Source of the DNA: an uncultured Candidatus Saccharibacteria bacterium
GTDB lineage: Bacteria > Patescibacteriota > Minisyncoccia > Minisyncoccales > RBG-13-42-11
Reading direction: 5' to 3'
NCBI GenBank assembly: GCA_964630295.1
Contig: CAZVTU010000001.1
Span: 1-33,411 of the forward strand
Length of the DNA stretch: 33,411 bases
Shown piece by piece: positions 9,471 through 17,016 of the stretch; position 1 is the first letter of the stretch; every line of letters begins with the position of its first letter. A model generated the notes under the pieces. That model was given only the letters and a program-made list of their open reading frames with translations, was not told where the DNA came from and ran no database searches. Made by a program: the position numbers and the translations under genes.

Positions 9471-10589
9471 ATGAACTATAAAGTTCCTTTTGTAAATTAC
9501 AAAATCCAATATCAAAATCTCAAAAATGAGATAGATGAAGCATTAAAAAGAGTTTTGACATATGGAGATTATATTCTTCGTGGAGATGTCGAAGAATTTG
9601 AGAGAAATTTAGCTTCTTTTGTCGGAACAAAATATGCTGTTGGTGTGAATTCTGGAACGGATGCTTTAATTTTTTCTCTAAAAGCAGCTGGAATTGGGCC
9701 GGGTGATGAGGTAATTACTGTTTCTCATACATTCGTTGCTTCAATAGCAGCAATCTGCCATGTTGGAGCTATTCCGATATTGATTGATGTCAGAGAAGAT
9801 TTTAATATCGCTGTCAATAAAATTGAAGAAGCGATTACTGAAAAAACTAAAGCTATTCTGCCAGTTCATCTTAATGGTAGGGTTTGCGAGATGGATAAAT
9901 TAATGGAAATTGCTCAAAAAAACAATCTACTAGTAATTGAAGACGCTGCTCAAGCCTTAGGAGCGAAATTTCAAGGAAAAACAGCAGGTTCCTTTGGTTT
10001 GGCCGGTTGTTTTAGTTTTTATCCAGCTAAAATTTTAGGAGCAGCTGGTGATGCTGGTGCAGTAGTTACTAATGACGAAAACTTTGCTGAAAAAGTTCGT
10101 CTTCTAAGAAATCACGGACAGAGGAAAAACTCAGAAGGAAAAATTGAGATTTTATTATTTGGTGAAACCTCTCGATTGGACAATCTCCAAGCTGCTATTC
10201 TAAATGTGAAATTTAAATATCTACCAAAATGGATAAAAAGAAGGAGAGAAATTGCAGAAATTTATAATGAGGGTCTGAAAGAAGTTTCGCAAATTGATCT
10301 TCCTCCCGCTCCTAATTCAGATAAAAGATATTTTGATATCTTTCAAAACTATGTTTTAAAAGCTGAAAGAAGAGACGAATTATCTAATTTCTTAAAAGAA
10401 AAGGGAGTAGAAACCTTAATTAAAGACCCTATAGCCAATCATAAACAGCCCAGGCTTGGCTTATCTCATTTTAATCTTCCTTACACAGAGAAATTGGCTG
10501 AAATGGTTATTTCCCTTCCTATCTATCCCGAGTTAACTCAGGAACAAATAGATTATGTAATAAATTCTGTTAAAGACTTTTATCAATGA
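9471..10589 (+). CDS. DegT/DnrJ/EryC1/StrS-family PLP-dependent sugar aminotransferase (PglE-like)
   Basis: GTDALIFSLKAAG, IEDAAQALGA and SFYPAKILGAAGDAG, which contains the candidate PLP lysine. Confidence 0.9.
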   Translation: MNYKVPFVNYKIQYQNLKNEIDEALKRVLTYGDYILRGDVEEFERNLASFVGTKYAVGVNSGTDALIFSLKAAGIGPGDEVITVSHTFVASIAAICHVGAIPILIDVREDFNIAVNKIEEAITEKTKAILPVHLNGRVCEMDKLMEIAQKNNLLVIEDAAQALGAKFQGKTAGSFGLAGCFSFYPAKILGAAGDAGAVVTNDENFAEKVRLLRNHGQRKNSEGKIEILLFGETSRLDNLQAAILNVKFKYLPKWIKRRREIAEIYNEGLKEVSQIDLPPAPNSDKRYFDIFQNYVLKAERRDELSNFLKEKGVETLIKDPIANHKQPRLGLSHFNLPYTEKLAEMVISLPIYPELTQEQIDYVINSVKDFYQ

Positions 10590-12481
10590 AAAATATTTTT
10601 CAAAAATTTTTAACTGAAAAAAGAAAATCATTAAGAATTGTCTTTTTTCTTTTGGCCGATGTAATTCTAATTTCTCTCTCAGCTTGGCTGGCTTTTGTGG
10701 TCAGGTTTGAAGGCCAGATTCCTTACCAGTATCATTTAAATATTCTGGGAATTATCTTCTTTGCTTTAATAATTACCATTCCTATTTTTTACTTTTCAAA
10801 ACTCTATCATTTCACTTGGGTTTATGTTAGCACCGAAGAATTAATTTCTTTAACTAAAGCTACTTCTCTGAGCTTTTTAGTTTTAACAGCAGTTTATTTT
10901 GTTTTTCGAGAGCACCCAATATTTTCTGGTTTTCCTCGTTCTACCCTTTTTATTACTTATTTCTTTATTTTTATTTTATGTGGCGGAATCCGTTTTATTA
11001 AAAGAATTTATTTACAGATATTTCCCGGTGGAAAGAAAGAAGAAAAAGAAAGGACCTTAATCGTTGGAGCGGGAGATGCTGGAGAACAAATCCTGAGAAA
11101 TATTCTAAACACAAAGACGAGTCTTTATTTACCGGTTGGTTTTGTGGATGATAGTCCGGCTAAACAAGGGATATTAATTCATGGACTGAAAGTATTTGGC
11201 AAAATCAATGATATTCCTAAAGTGGTAAAGGACCAAAGAATAGAAAACTTAATTGTCGCTTTACCATCAGCTGGTTCTCAAGGAATAAGAAAAGCAGTCG
11301 AGCAAGGAAGAAAAGCTGGACTTAAGAAAATTAAGATTGTGCCGCCAATAGATGAGTTGATTAATGGTAAAATCAATCTTTCTACCCTTAGAGATGTAGA
11401 GATGGAAGATTTATTAGGTAGGGAGCCAGTAATTTTAGATCAAAATTCGATTGAGAATTTTATTAACGGAAAAAGGATTTTAGTTACGGGGGCCGCCGGT
11501 TCTATTGGTTCTGAACTTTGTAGGCAAATAATAAAATTTCGGCCACAATATCTTTTTTTATTAGATCAGGATGAGACCGGAATTTTTAATATAGAGAATG
11601 AATTAAAAAATAAATTTTCAGATGTCACCTCTTTTATTGTAGATATTAGGGATGAAGAAAAAATAAAAAGGATTATAGAAGGAATTTTTAATGCAACTGC
11701 CCCAAGTATAGTTTTTCATGCTGCAGCTTATAAGCACGTTCCTTTAATGGAAAAACATCCTGATGAGGCAGTAAAAAACAATATTCTTGGAACAAAAGTG
11801 TTAGCTTTAACCGCCGCTAAAGTTGGAGTTGAAAAATTTATTTTTATCTCTACCGATAAAGCAGTAAAACCTGCCTCAGTAATGGGCGCTACCAAACGAG
11901 TGGGAGAGATGATATGTCAAGCTTTAAACAACGACAAAAATCTTAATCCTCAAAACACCAAGTTTATCTCAGTTCGTTTTGGAAATGTTTTAGGAAGTAG
12001 GGGGAGTATTATCCCTATTTTTCGAGAAAGAATTAAGAAAAGAGAACCAATTGAAATTACACATTCTGAAATGAAAAGATATTTTATGACAACTCCTGAG
12101 GCTTGTCTTTTAGTATTACAGGCCGGAGCGATGGGTCAAGGAGGGGAAGTATTTGTTTTAAACATGGGAGATCCGGTGAAAATAATTGATTTAGCAAAAG
12201 AATTAATTAGGCTTTCTGGTCTACGACCAGATATCGATATTCCTATTGTTTTTACTGAACCCCGGCCAGGAGAAAAACTTTCTGAAGAACTATTAAGTGC
12301 TGAGGAAGGGACAATTTCTACTCAAAACAAAAAAATTTTTATCGCGAAGCTCTCTGAAATCGGGTGGTTAAGGTTATCCCCAAAATTAGAAAAATTAGAA
12401 AAAGCAGCTTATAATGGAGATAAGGAGGAGATAGTAAAAACTTTAAAAGAAGTCGTTCCAACTTATGACAAAAGAATCTAA
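10586..12481 (+). CDS. Membrane-anchored nucleotide-sugar 4,6-dehydratase (CapD/PglF/WbpM family)
   Basis: N-terminal TM segments. Two Rossmann motifs (VGAGDAGEQ and VTGAAGSIGSEL). AAAYKHVP catalytic YxxxK. Confidence 0.9.
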   Translation: MKNIFQKFLTEKRKSLRIVFFLLADVILISLSAWLAFVVRFEGQIPYQYHLNILGIIFFALIITIPIFYFSKLYHFTWVYVSTEELISLTKATSLSFLVLTAVYFVFREHPIFSGFPRSTLFITYFFIFILCGGIRFIKRIYLQIFPGGKKEEKERTLIVGAGDAGEQILRNILNTKTSLYLPVGFVDDSPAKQGILIHGLKVFGKINDIPKVVKDQRIENLIVALPSAGSQGIRKAVEQGRKAGLKKIKIVPPIDELINGKINLSTLRDVEMEDLLGREPVILDQNSIENFINGKRILVTGAAGSIGSELCRQIIKFRPQYLFLLDQDETGIFNIENELKNKFSDVTSFIVDIRDEEKIKRIIEGIFNATAPSIVFHAAAYKHVPLMEKHPDEAVKNNILGTKVLALTAAKVGVEKFIFISTDKAVKPASVMGATKRVGEMICQALNNDKNLNPQNTKFISVRFGNVLGSRGSIIPIFRERIKKREPIEITHSEMKRYFMTTPEACLLVLQAGAMGQGGEVFVLNMGDPVKIIDLAKELIRLSGLRPDIDIPIVFTEPRPGEKLSEELLSAEEGTISTQNKKIFIAKLSEIGWLRLSPKLEKLEKAAYNGDKEEIVKTLKEVVPTYDKRI

Positions 12482-14645
12482 AGAGAAATTTTATTTTAAT
12501 ATTATTCAATGGGGTGTTTACCTTGCTCTCTTTGCCCCATTTATTTTTATTAAAGATTATTTTTTCCCTTTTGTAGTACCAAAGACAATTTTCTTTAGAG
12601 TTTTTGTTGATATTATTTTTCTTGCTTACATTCCTTTAGCAATATCAAATCCCAAATACCGTCCCAAATTTAATGCTCTTACCATAACTATTACTATTTT
12701 TTTAATTGTTCTTATCTTAACATCGATCACTGGAGCTAATTTTGCTCGAAGTTTTTGGAGTACTTTTGAAAGAATGACAGGTCTTCTTACTTTCTTTCAT
12801 CTTTATGTTTTTTACATAATTCTAATCAGTGTTTTTAAGGAAAGGAAATATTGGGAAAGGATTTTATCCGTTTCAATTTTTGTCTGTCTTTTAATTTCAA
12901 TTATTGTCTTAACTTCCAGTGATCCAACCACTCGGGGAGGTGGAACTCTTGGTAATTCCTCATTTTATTCAGCTTATCTTTTATTTAATTTGTTTTTTGC
13001 AATAATTTTACTTGTCATCAAGGGAGGATTTTGGCGATTTCTTTACGGTATAGCTTTAATTGTTTTTCTCGCTGGCTTATTTTTTAATCCTGGAGGTTTT
13101 ACTAAGGGAGCGGTCTCTGCTTTTTTTGTTGGTTTATTTATTCTGGGAGTTGGCTATTTAATGTTTTGTTCGTTTTCTTCAGATAGAAAAAGAGCAAAAA
13201 AGATCACAATTTTAATAATAGTTTTAATGATAATAGGTGTACTGGGGCTTACTCAGTTGAGTTTTATCCAAAAAGAAATTGATAAAATTTGGAACTCAGG
13301 CAGTCTTCAGGCAAGATTAGTGGTTTGGAAAATGGGTTGGGAGAGCTGGCAAGAAAAATTTTGGTTAGGTTGGGGTCCAGAGAATTTTTATATTCCTTTT
13401 GCCAAATATTACAATCCCGAATTACCATTAACTCACGATATCTGGTATGATCGCGTTCATAATATTGTTTTAGATACAGGAGTTAGTTCGGGAATTTTAG
13501 GTCTATTAAGCTATTTAGCTATTTTTGGTGTGGCTATCGTCGGATTATTTAAACTCTTACCTAAAATTTTTGACAAAAAAAACGCTCTTGTCCCTTTAGG
13601 ATTAATCGCCCTATTAGTGATTTATCTTTTTCAAAATATTTGGGTTTTTGATATGGTTTCGAGTTATATTGTTTTCTTTTTAAGTTTAGCTTTTATTAAT
13701 TTTTTAATATCATCACAAAAAGAAGAGACCGTAAAAGTTGAAAAGCCAAATTATCTTTCCTCTTTCATTGGGGGAATTTTAATAATTTTAACAATTTTTA
13801 CTTTCTATTTTGGCAATATTAAAGTAGCCCAAGCTTCAAAATATACTGTTAGAGGAATGTCTTTTCCTCTAGAAGAATCTTTATCCTATTTTAAAAAGGC
13901 TCTAAAAGCTTCCCCTATTTCCCACTTTGAGACTCCAGAGCAGTTATCAACAAGAATTATTGCTTTGGCTCGAGAAGGAAATCAAAACCAACAGCTTTTA
14001 AGAGAAGGATTTAAATTAGCAGAGGAAGAAATGAAAAAAAGCCTTGAGCAAGATCCTCTGAACTTTCGTTTTTATTTATTTTTAGGAAAATATTACAACA
14101 GTCGTTATTCGCTAACAAACAATAAAGAAGATCTTAACCTAGCTGAGGAATCATTAAATAAAGCCAAAGAATTGAGTCCTAAAAATCAACAAGTCTATTG
14201 GTTTTTGGCCCAAACAAAACTTTACGAAAAAAAATATAATGAATCAATTAATTATTTAAAAAAAGCAGTTGACTTAGAACCGAGACTTGCTCAATCTAAT
14301 TGGTTTTTAGCTTTAGGTTATTTAAATGCTAGAAAATATCAATTAGCCCTGAATTATCTAAAAAAAGCAGAAGAGTTAGGGTTTAATTGGAAAGGAAATA
14401 TAAATTCTCTTAAACAAGGAATTGAAATATATAAAGGGATAGGGGATCGCGATACTTTATTATCTCTCTATAAATTAGGAACAGAGCTTTCGCCTAACGA
14501 GGCTGATTTTTGGGCTGGCCTTGCTGATGCTTACGCTTCCAAAGGGGAAAGAGAAAAAGCAAAAGAAGCAGCTGAAGAGTTATTAAAATTAAAACCCGAG
14601 GCATCCTCTCAGGTTGAGCAATTTTTAGAGCAGTTAGGTTATTGA
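12465..14645 (+). CDS. O-antigen ligase/polymerase-like (Wzy_C-type) polytopic membrane protein fused to C-terminal TPR repeats
   Basis: About 440 aa of TM segments with FWLGWGPENF and VHNIVLDTGVSSGILG. C-terminal repeats of the form A...Y..A..L.P (KAKELSPKNQQ, KAVDLEPRLAQ, TELSPNEAD). Confidence 0.75.
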   Translation: MTKESKEKFYFNIIQWGVYLALFAPFIFIKDYFFPFVVPKTIFFRVFVDIIFLAYIPLAISNPKYRPKFNALTITITIFLIVLILTSITGANFARSFWSTFERMTGLLTFFHLYVFYIILISVFKERKYWERILSVSIFVCLLISIIVLTSSDPTTRGGGTLGNSSFYSAYLLFNLFFAIILLVIKGGFWRFLYGIALIVFLAGLFFNPGGFTKGAVSAFFVGLFILGVGYLMFCSFSSDRKRAKKITILIIVLMIIGVLGLTQLSFIQKEIDKIWNSGSLQARLVVWKMGWESWQEKFWLGWGPENFYIPFAKYYNPELPLTHDIWYDRVHNIVLDTGVSSGILGLLSYLAIFGVAIVGLFKLLPKIFDKKNALVPLGLIALLVIYLFQNIWVFDMVSSYIVFFLSLAFINFLISSQKEETVKVEKPNYLSSFIGGILIILTIFTFYFGNIKVAQASKYTVRGMSFPLEESLSYFKKALKASPISHFETPEQLSTRIIALAREGNQNQQLLREGFKLAEEEMKKSLEQDPLNFRFYLFLGKYYNSRYSLTNNKEDLNLAEESLNKAKELSPKNQQVYWFLAQTKLYEKKYNESINYLKKAVDLEPRLAQSNWFLALGYLNARKYQLALNYLKKAEELGFNWKGNINSLKQGIEIYKGIGDRDTLLSLYKLGTELSPNEADFWAGLADAYASKGEREKAKEAAEELLKLKPEASSQVEQFLEQLGY

Positions 14646-14670
14646 CAATTGTTATTGGGTTTGCTATAAT
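14642..14670 (+). promoter_or_regulatory. Consensus sigma70 promoter (TTGACA-17-TATAAT)
   Basis: Perfect -35 and -10 hexamers with a 17-nt spacer. The -35 box contains the TGA stop of the upstream gene. Confidence 0.65.
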
Positions 14671-14676
14671 TTAACA

Positions 14677-14730
14677 GTGAGTGCAATACTCCACTAAGTC
14701 GCAGGCCCCACTCGAGCGGGGCCTGTTTTT
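14677..14730 (+). ncRNA. Candidate ~55-nt small RNA (unknown family)
   Basis: Lies between the consensus promoter and an intrinsic terminator (CAGGCCCC, 8-nt loop, GGGGCCTG, then TTTTT, 14702-14730). The 5' hairpin is AGTGAGT/ACTC(C)ACT. No ORF. Confidence 0.4.
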
Positions 14731-14743
14731 AATTTAATTAAAA

Positions 14744-14800
14744 GGGCCGAGAGAGTTAACTCCGATACTAAGTCTTTAGTGAGTGCTTACCTCTCGGCCC
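14744..14800 (+). other. GC-rich 10-bp stem (GGGCCGAGAG/CTCTCGGCCC) enclosing a 37-nt loop
   Basis: The loop repeats two exact motifs of the preceding element (ACTAAGTC and AGTGAGTGC) in swapped order. It lies 36 nt upstream of murB. Confidence 0.5.
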
Positions 14801-14821
14801 AGTTATATTTTAACAAAAAAA

Positions 14822-14830
14822 TGGTAAAAT
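14822..14830 (+). promoter_or_regulatory. Possible extended -10 promoter (TGgTAAAAT) for murB
   Basis: The -10 box ends 6 nt before the ATG at 14837, which would give a leaderless transcript. No good -35 box. Confidence 0.3.
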
Positions 14831-14836
14831 ACAATA

Positions 14837-15700
14837 ATGAAATTTCAGAGAAATATTTCTTTAGCTAAATACACAACATTTAGAATCGGGGGTCAAGCTA
14901 AATATTTTTTTATTGCTAAAACAAAAAAAGATCTAATTTTAGCAATTCAAGAAGCTAAAAGAAAAAAACTACCTTTTTTTATTTTAGGAAACGGAAGTAA
15001 TATTTTAATTTCAGATAAAGGATTTGATGGTTTAGTGATAAAAATTCAAAATTCAAAATTCAAAATTCTAAATTCTAAAATTATTGCTGGAGCAGGAGTT
15101 CATTTGGGGAAATTAGTAAATGAATCAGCGGTAAAAAGATTATCTGGTTTAGAGTGGGCGATAGGTATCCCAGGAACGGTTGGAGGAGCAGTTTATGGAA
15201 ATGCTGGAGCTTTTAAAAAGTCAATGGGAGATGTTGTTAAAGAAGTGGAAGTATACGATACCAAAAATCAGGAATTTAAAATTCTTAAAAATAAAAATTG
15301 TAAGTTTGGCTACCGCGACAGTATTTTTAAGCATAATAAGAATCTAATTATCGTTTCAGCAACGATTAAATTAAAAAAAGGTAATAAAAAAGAAATCAAA
15401 AAGAAAATTAAAGAATATTTAAATTATAAGAAGAAAACTCAACCTTTAAGTTTTCACTCAGCAGGTTCTATTTTTAAAAATTCTAAAAATTTTTCTGCTG
15501 CTGAATTGATTGAAAGATGTAATTTAAAAGGAAAAAAAATTGGAAAAGCAAAGATTTCCGGAAAACATGCAAATTTTATTATTAATTTAGGTGGAGCTAA
15601 AGCCGAGGATGTAATAAAATTGATAAATTTAATAAAAAAATCAGTGAAAAATAAATTCGGTATAATTTTAAAAGAAGAAATTCAATATTTAGACCATTAA
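14837..15700 (+). CDS. murB: UDP-N-acetylenolpyruvoylglucosamine reductase
   Basis: YTTFRIGG, GNGSNIL, GLEWAIGIPGTVGGAVYGNAGA and SAGSIFKN motifs. Confidence 0.92.
   Translation: MKFQRNISLAKYTTFRIGGQAKYFFIAKTKKDLILAIQEAKRKKLPFFILGNGSNILISDKGFDGLVIKIQNSKFKILNSKIIAGAGVHLGKLVNESAVKRLSGLEWAIGIPGTVGGAVYGNAGAFKKSMGDVVKEVEVYDTKNQEFKILKNKNCKFGYRDSIFKHNKNLIIVSATIKLKKGNKKEIKKKIKEYLNYKKKTQPLSFHSAGSIFKNSKNFSAAELIERCNLKGKKIGKAKISGKHANFIINLGGAKAEDVIKLINLIKKSVKNKFGIILKEEIQYLDH
15042..15076 (+). repeat. Heptanucleotide tandem repeat, 5 units (AAATTCA x3, AAATTCT x2), inside murB
   Basis: Read directly from the sequence. Encodes IQNSKFKILNSK. Confidence 0.85.
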
Positions 15701-15713
15701 AACGAAGAAGTTT

Positions 15714-15748
15714 TGAATTTCGTATTTTGATTTTTTAAATTTTGACTT
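15714..15748 (-). repeat. Degenerate heptamer array in inverted orientation
   Basis: On the minus strand it reads AAGTCAA AATTTAA AAAATCA AAATACG AAATTCA, the same unit family as the arrays in murB and secA. Intergenic, just downstream of murB. Confidence 0.5.
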
Positions 15749-15789
15749 ATTCACACTTGACAAACTATTTTAAAATGAAAAAATAAAAT

Positions 15790-15814
15790 AAGATTTTAAA
15801 AATTTTAAAATCTT
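15790..15814. promoter_or_regulatory. Perfect 12-1-12 palindrome AAGATTTTAAAA-A-TTTTAAAATCTT
   Basis: Read directly from the sequence. Could be an operator or an AT-rich hairpin. Confidence 0.4.
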
Positions 15815-15840
15815 TGCAAATAGTTGGTCGACTATTTGCA
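15815..15840. promoter_or_regulatory. Perfect 10-6-10 palindrome TGCAAATAGT-tggtcg-ACTATTTGCA next to a TGcATAAT -10-like box
   Basis: Read directly from the sequence. Operator-like geometry overlapping a possible extended -10 element (15837-15845). Confidence 0.45.
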
Positions 15841-15862
15841 TAATTTAAAAAATTCTAATCCC

Positions 15863-15898
15863 ATGGCAAAGAAAAAAAAGAAGAAAAAGAAGAGATAA
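15863..15898 (+). CDS. 11-codon poly-lysine mini-ORF (MAKKKKKKKKR), candidate leader peptide or micro-protein
   Basis: ATG GCA (AAG/AAA)x8 AGA TAA. The stop lies 11 nt before the left arm of a 15-bp terminator stem. No clear SD, so coding status is uncertain. Confidence 0.3.
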   Translation: MAKKKKKKKKR

Positions 15899-15909
15899 AA
15901 TCTTCTTGA

Positions 15910-15988
15910 CCCCCCACCACTTTTGGAATTTTCTAAAATGAAGTCAAAAGCTTCAATCTAAAAGTGGTGGGGGGTTGTTTTTTTGTTT
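15910..15988 (+). terminator. Long-stem intrinsic terminator/attenuator upstream of hpf
   Basis: A 15-bp perfect stem, CCCCCCACCACTTTT (15910-15924) with AAAAGTGGTGGGGGG (15960-15974). 35-nt loop. Followed by TTGTTTTTTTGTTT. Confidence 0.7.
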
Positions 15989-16008
15989 CAATTTGTTATT
16001 TTTAATGA

Positions 16009-16458
16009 ATGAAGATTATAATTAGAACTAAAAATTTAAAACTAACTTCCGCTTTAAGACAATATCTTAAAGAAAAAATAAATTCTCTTGATAAATTTGC
16101 GAAAATTTTCCAAGAGAAAGAAAAATATTTTAATGGTTTCTATGGGAAAGGAAAACCACGAGTGGAGGCGTGGGTAGAAATTAGTAAGACTACACAACAT
16201 CATCAGAAAGGTCCCCATTTCAGGGCAGAAATTCAGATGCGCTTACCAAGGAAAAGCCTAAGAGCAACTGCTAAAGAAAAAAATTTAAAATTAGCCATCG
16301 TTCAAATTAAAGATGAGTTACAAAGACAATTAAAACAATATAAGAACAAATTGGAATCGTTAACTAAAAGAAGACAAAGAACCCTAAAAAAAGAATTTCA
16401 TCTATCCCCCCAGGCCAGATTTTATCGAAAAGGAAGAATTAGAGAAGAAGGAATTTGA
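16009..16458 (+). CDS. hpf: Ribosome hibernation-promoting factor / RaiA family with a basic C-terminal tail
   Basis: MKIIIRTKNLKLTSALRQYLKEKINSLDKF is a typical HPF/YfiA N-terminus. 149 aa. I could not recognise the dimerisation domain of long HPFs in the tail. Confidence 0.8.
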   Translation: MKIIIRTKNLKLTSALRQYLKEKINSLDKFAKIFQEKEKYFNGFYGKGKPRVEAWVEISKTTQHHQKGPHFRAEIQMRLPRKSLRATAKEKNLKLAIVQIKDELQRQLKQYKNKLESLTKRRQRTLKKEFHLSPQARFYRKGRIREEGI

Positions 16459-16460
16459 TC

Positions 16461-16489
16461 TTTACAAGTTTTTTTAAAAATGTTAAAAA
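16461..16489 (+). promoter_or_regulatory. Possible promoter for the polyamine operon (TTTACA-17-TAAAAA with a TGn extended -10)
   Basis: Hexamers and spacing read from the sequence. The AT-rich context makes false positives likely. Confidence 0.3.
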
Positions 16490-16509
16490 GATAAAAGATA
16501 TTTTTACCG

Positions 16510-16606
16510 GTTAATCACTTTTTGTTTTACTCTTTGTTTTTTCCCGATTGTTATCGGGATTAGCTATAGAAAAGCATTAAATGCTTTTCTAAGGTAAGTG
16601 ATTAAC
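16510..16606 (+). promoter_or_regulatory. Structured 5' leader (three-way junction), candidate cis-regulatory RNA or riboswitch upstream of speD
   Basis: An 11-bp closing stem, GTTAATCACTT (16510-16520) with AAGTGATTAAC (16596-16606). It encloses hairpin TCCCGAT-TGTT-ATCGGGA (16542-16559) and hairpin/palindrome TAGAAAAGCATT-A-AATGCTTTTCTA (16567-16591). It ends 8 nt before the ATG. Confidence 0.45.
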
Positions 16607-16614
16607 TTAAAATT

Positions 16615-17016
16615 ATGTTTCAAAAAACAAAGAGATCCATCCAATGGGTCATAGAAAACAGAAAAAGAAAATATTCTGGCATTCATCTAATAGCCGAATT
16701 TTGGTTTGGAAAAATTATTGAAAATTCAGAAGAACTTAAAAAAATTTTAATCGAAGCTGTAAAAGAAGCAAACAATACTCCTTTAAAAGTTGCAATTCAC
16801 AAGTTTCAACCCCAGGGAATCACTGGGATTGTTTTATTAGCAGAATCTCATATTGCTATTCATACTTGGCCAGAATTTAACTACACAGCTATTGATATTT
16901 ATACTTGTGGTGATAAATCTAATCCCGAGAGAGCCTTAGAATATCTAAAAAAAGAACTTCAACCTCAGAAAGTTGAAATTAAAAAATTAAAAAGAGGTAA
17001 AATAAATACTCAATGA
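16615..17016 (+). CDS. speD: S-adenosylmethionine decarboxylase proenzyme (pyruvoyl-dependent, small bacterial/archaeal class)
   Basis: GIVLLAESHIAIHTWPE contains the self-cleavage E-S site. Also IDIYTCG. 133 aa. Confidence 0.9.
   Translation: MFQKTKRSIQWVIENRKRKYSGIHLIAEFWFGKIIENSEELKKILIEAVKEANNTPLKVAIHKFQPQGITGIVLLAESHIAIHTWPEFNYTAIDIYTCGDKSNPERALEYLKKELQPQKVEIKKLKRGKINTQ

Noticed and set aside
15938-15961. A 7-codon ORF (MKSKASI) inside the loop of the hpf-upstream terminator.
   Set aside because: It is very short, has no SD and lies within a hairpin loop. It is most likely coincidental.
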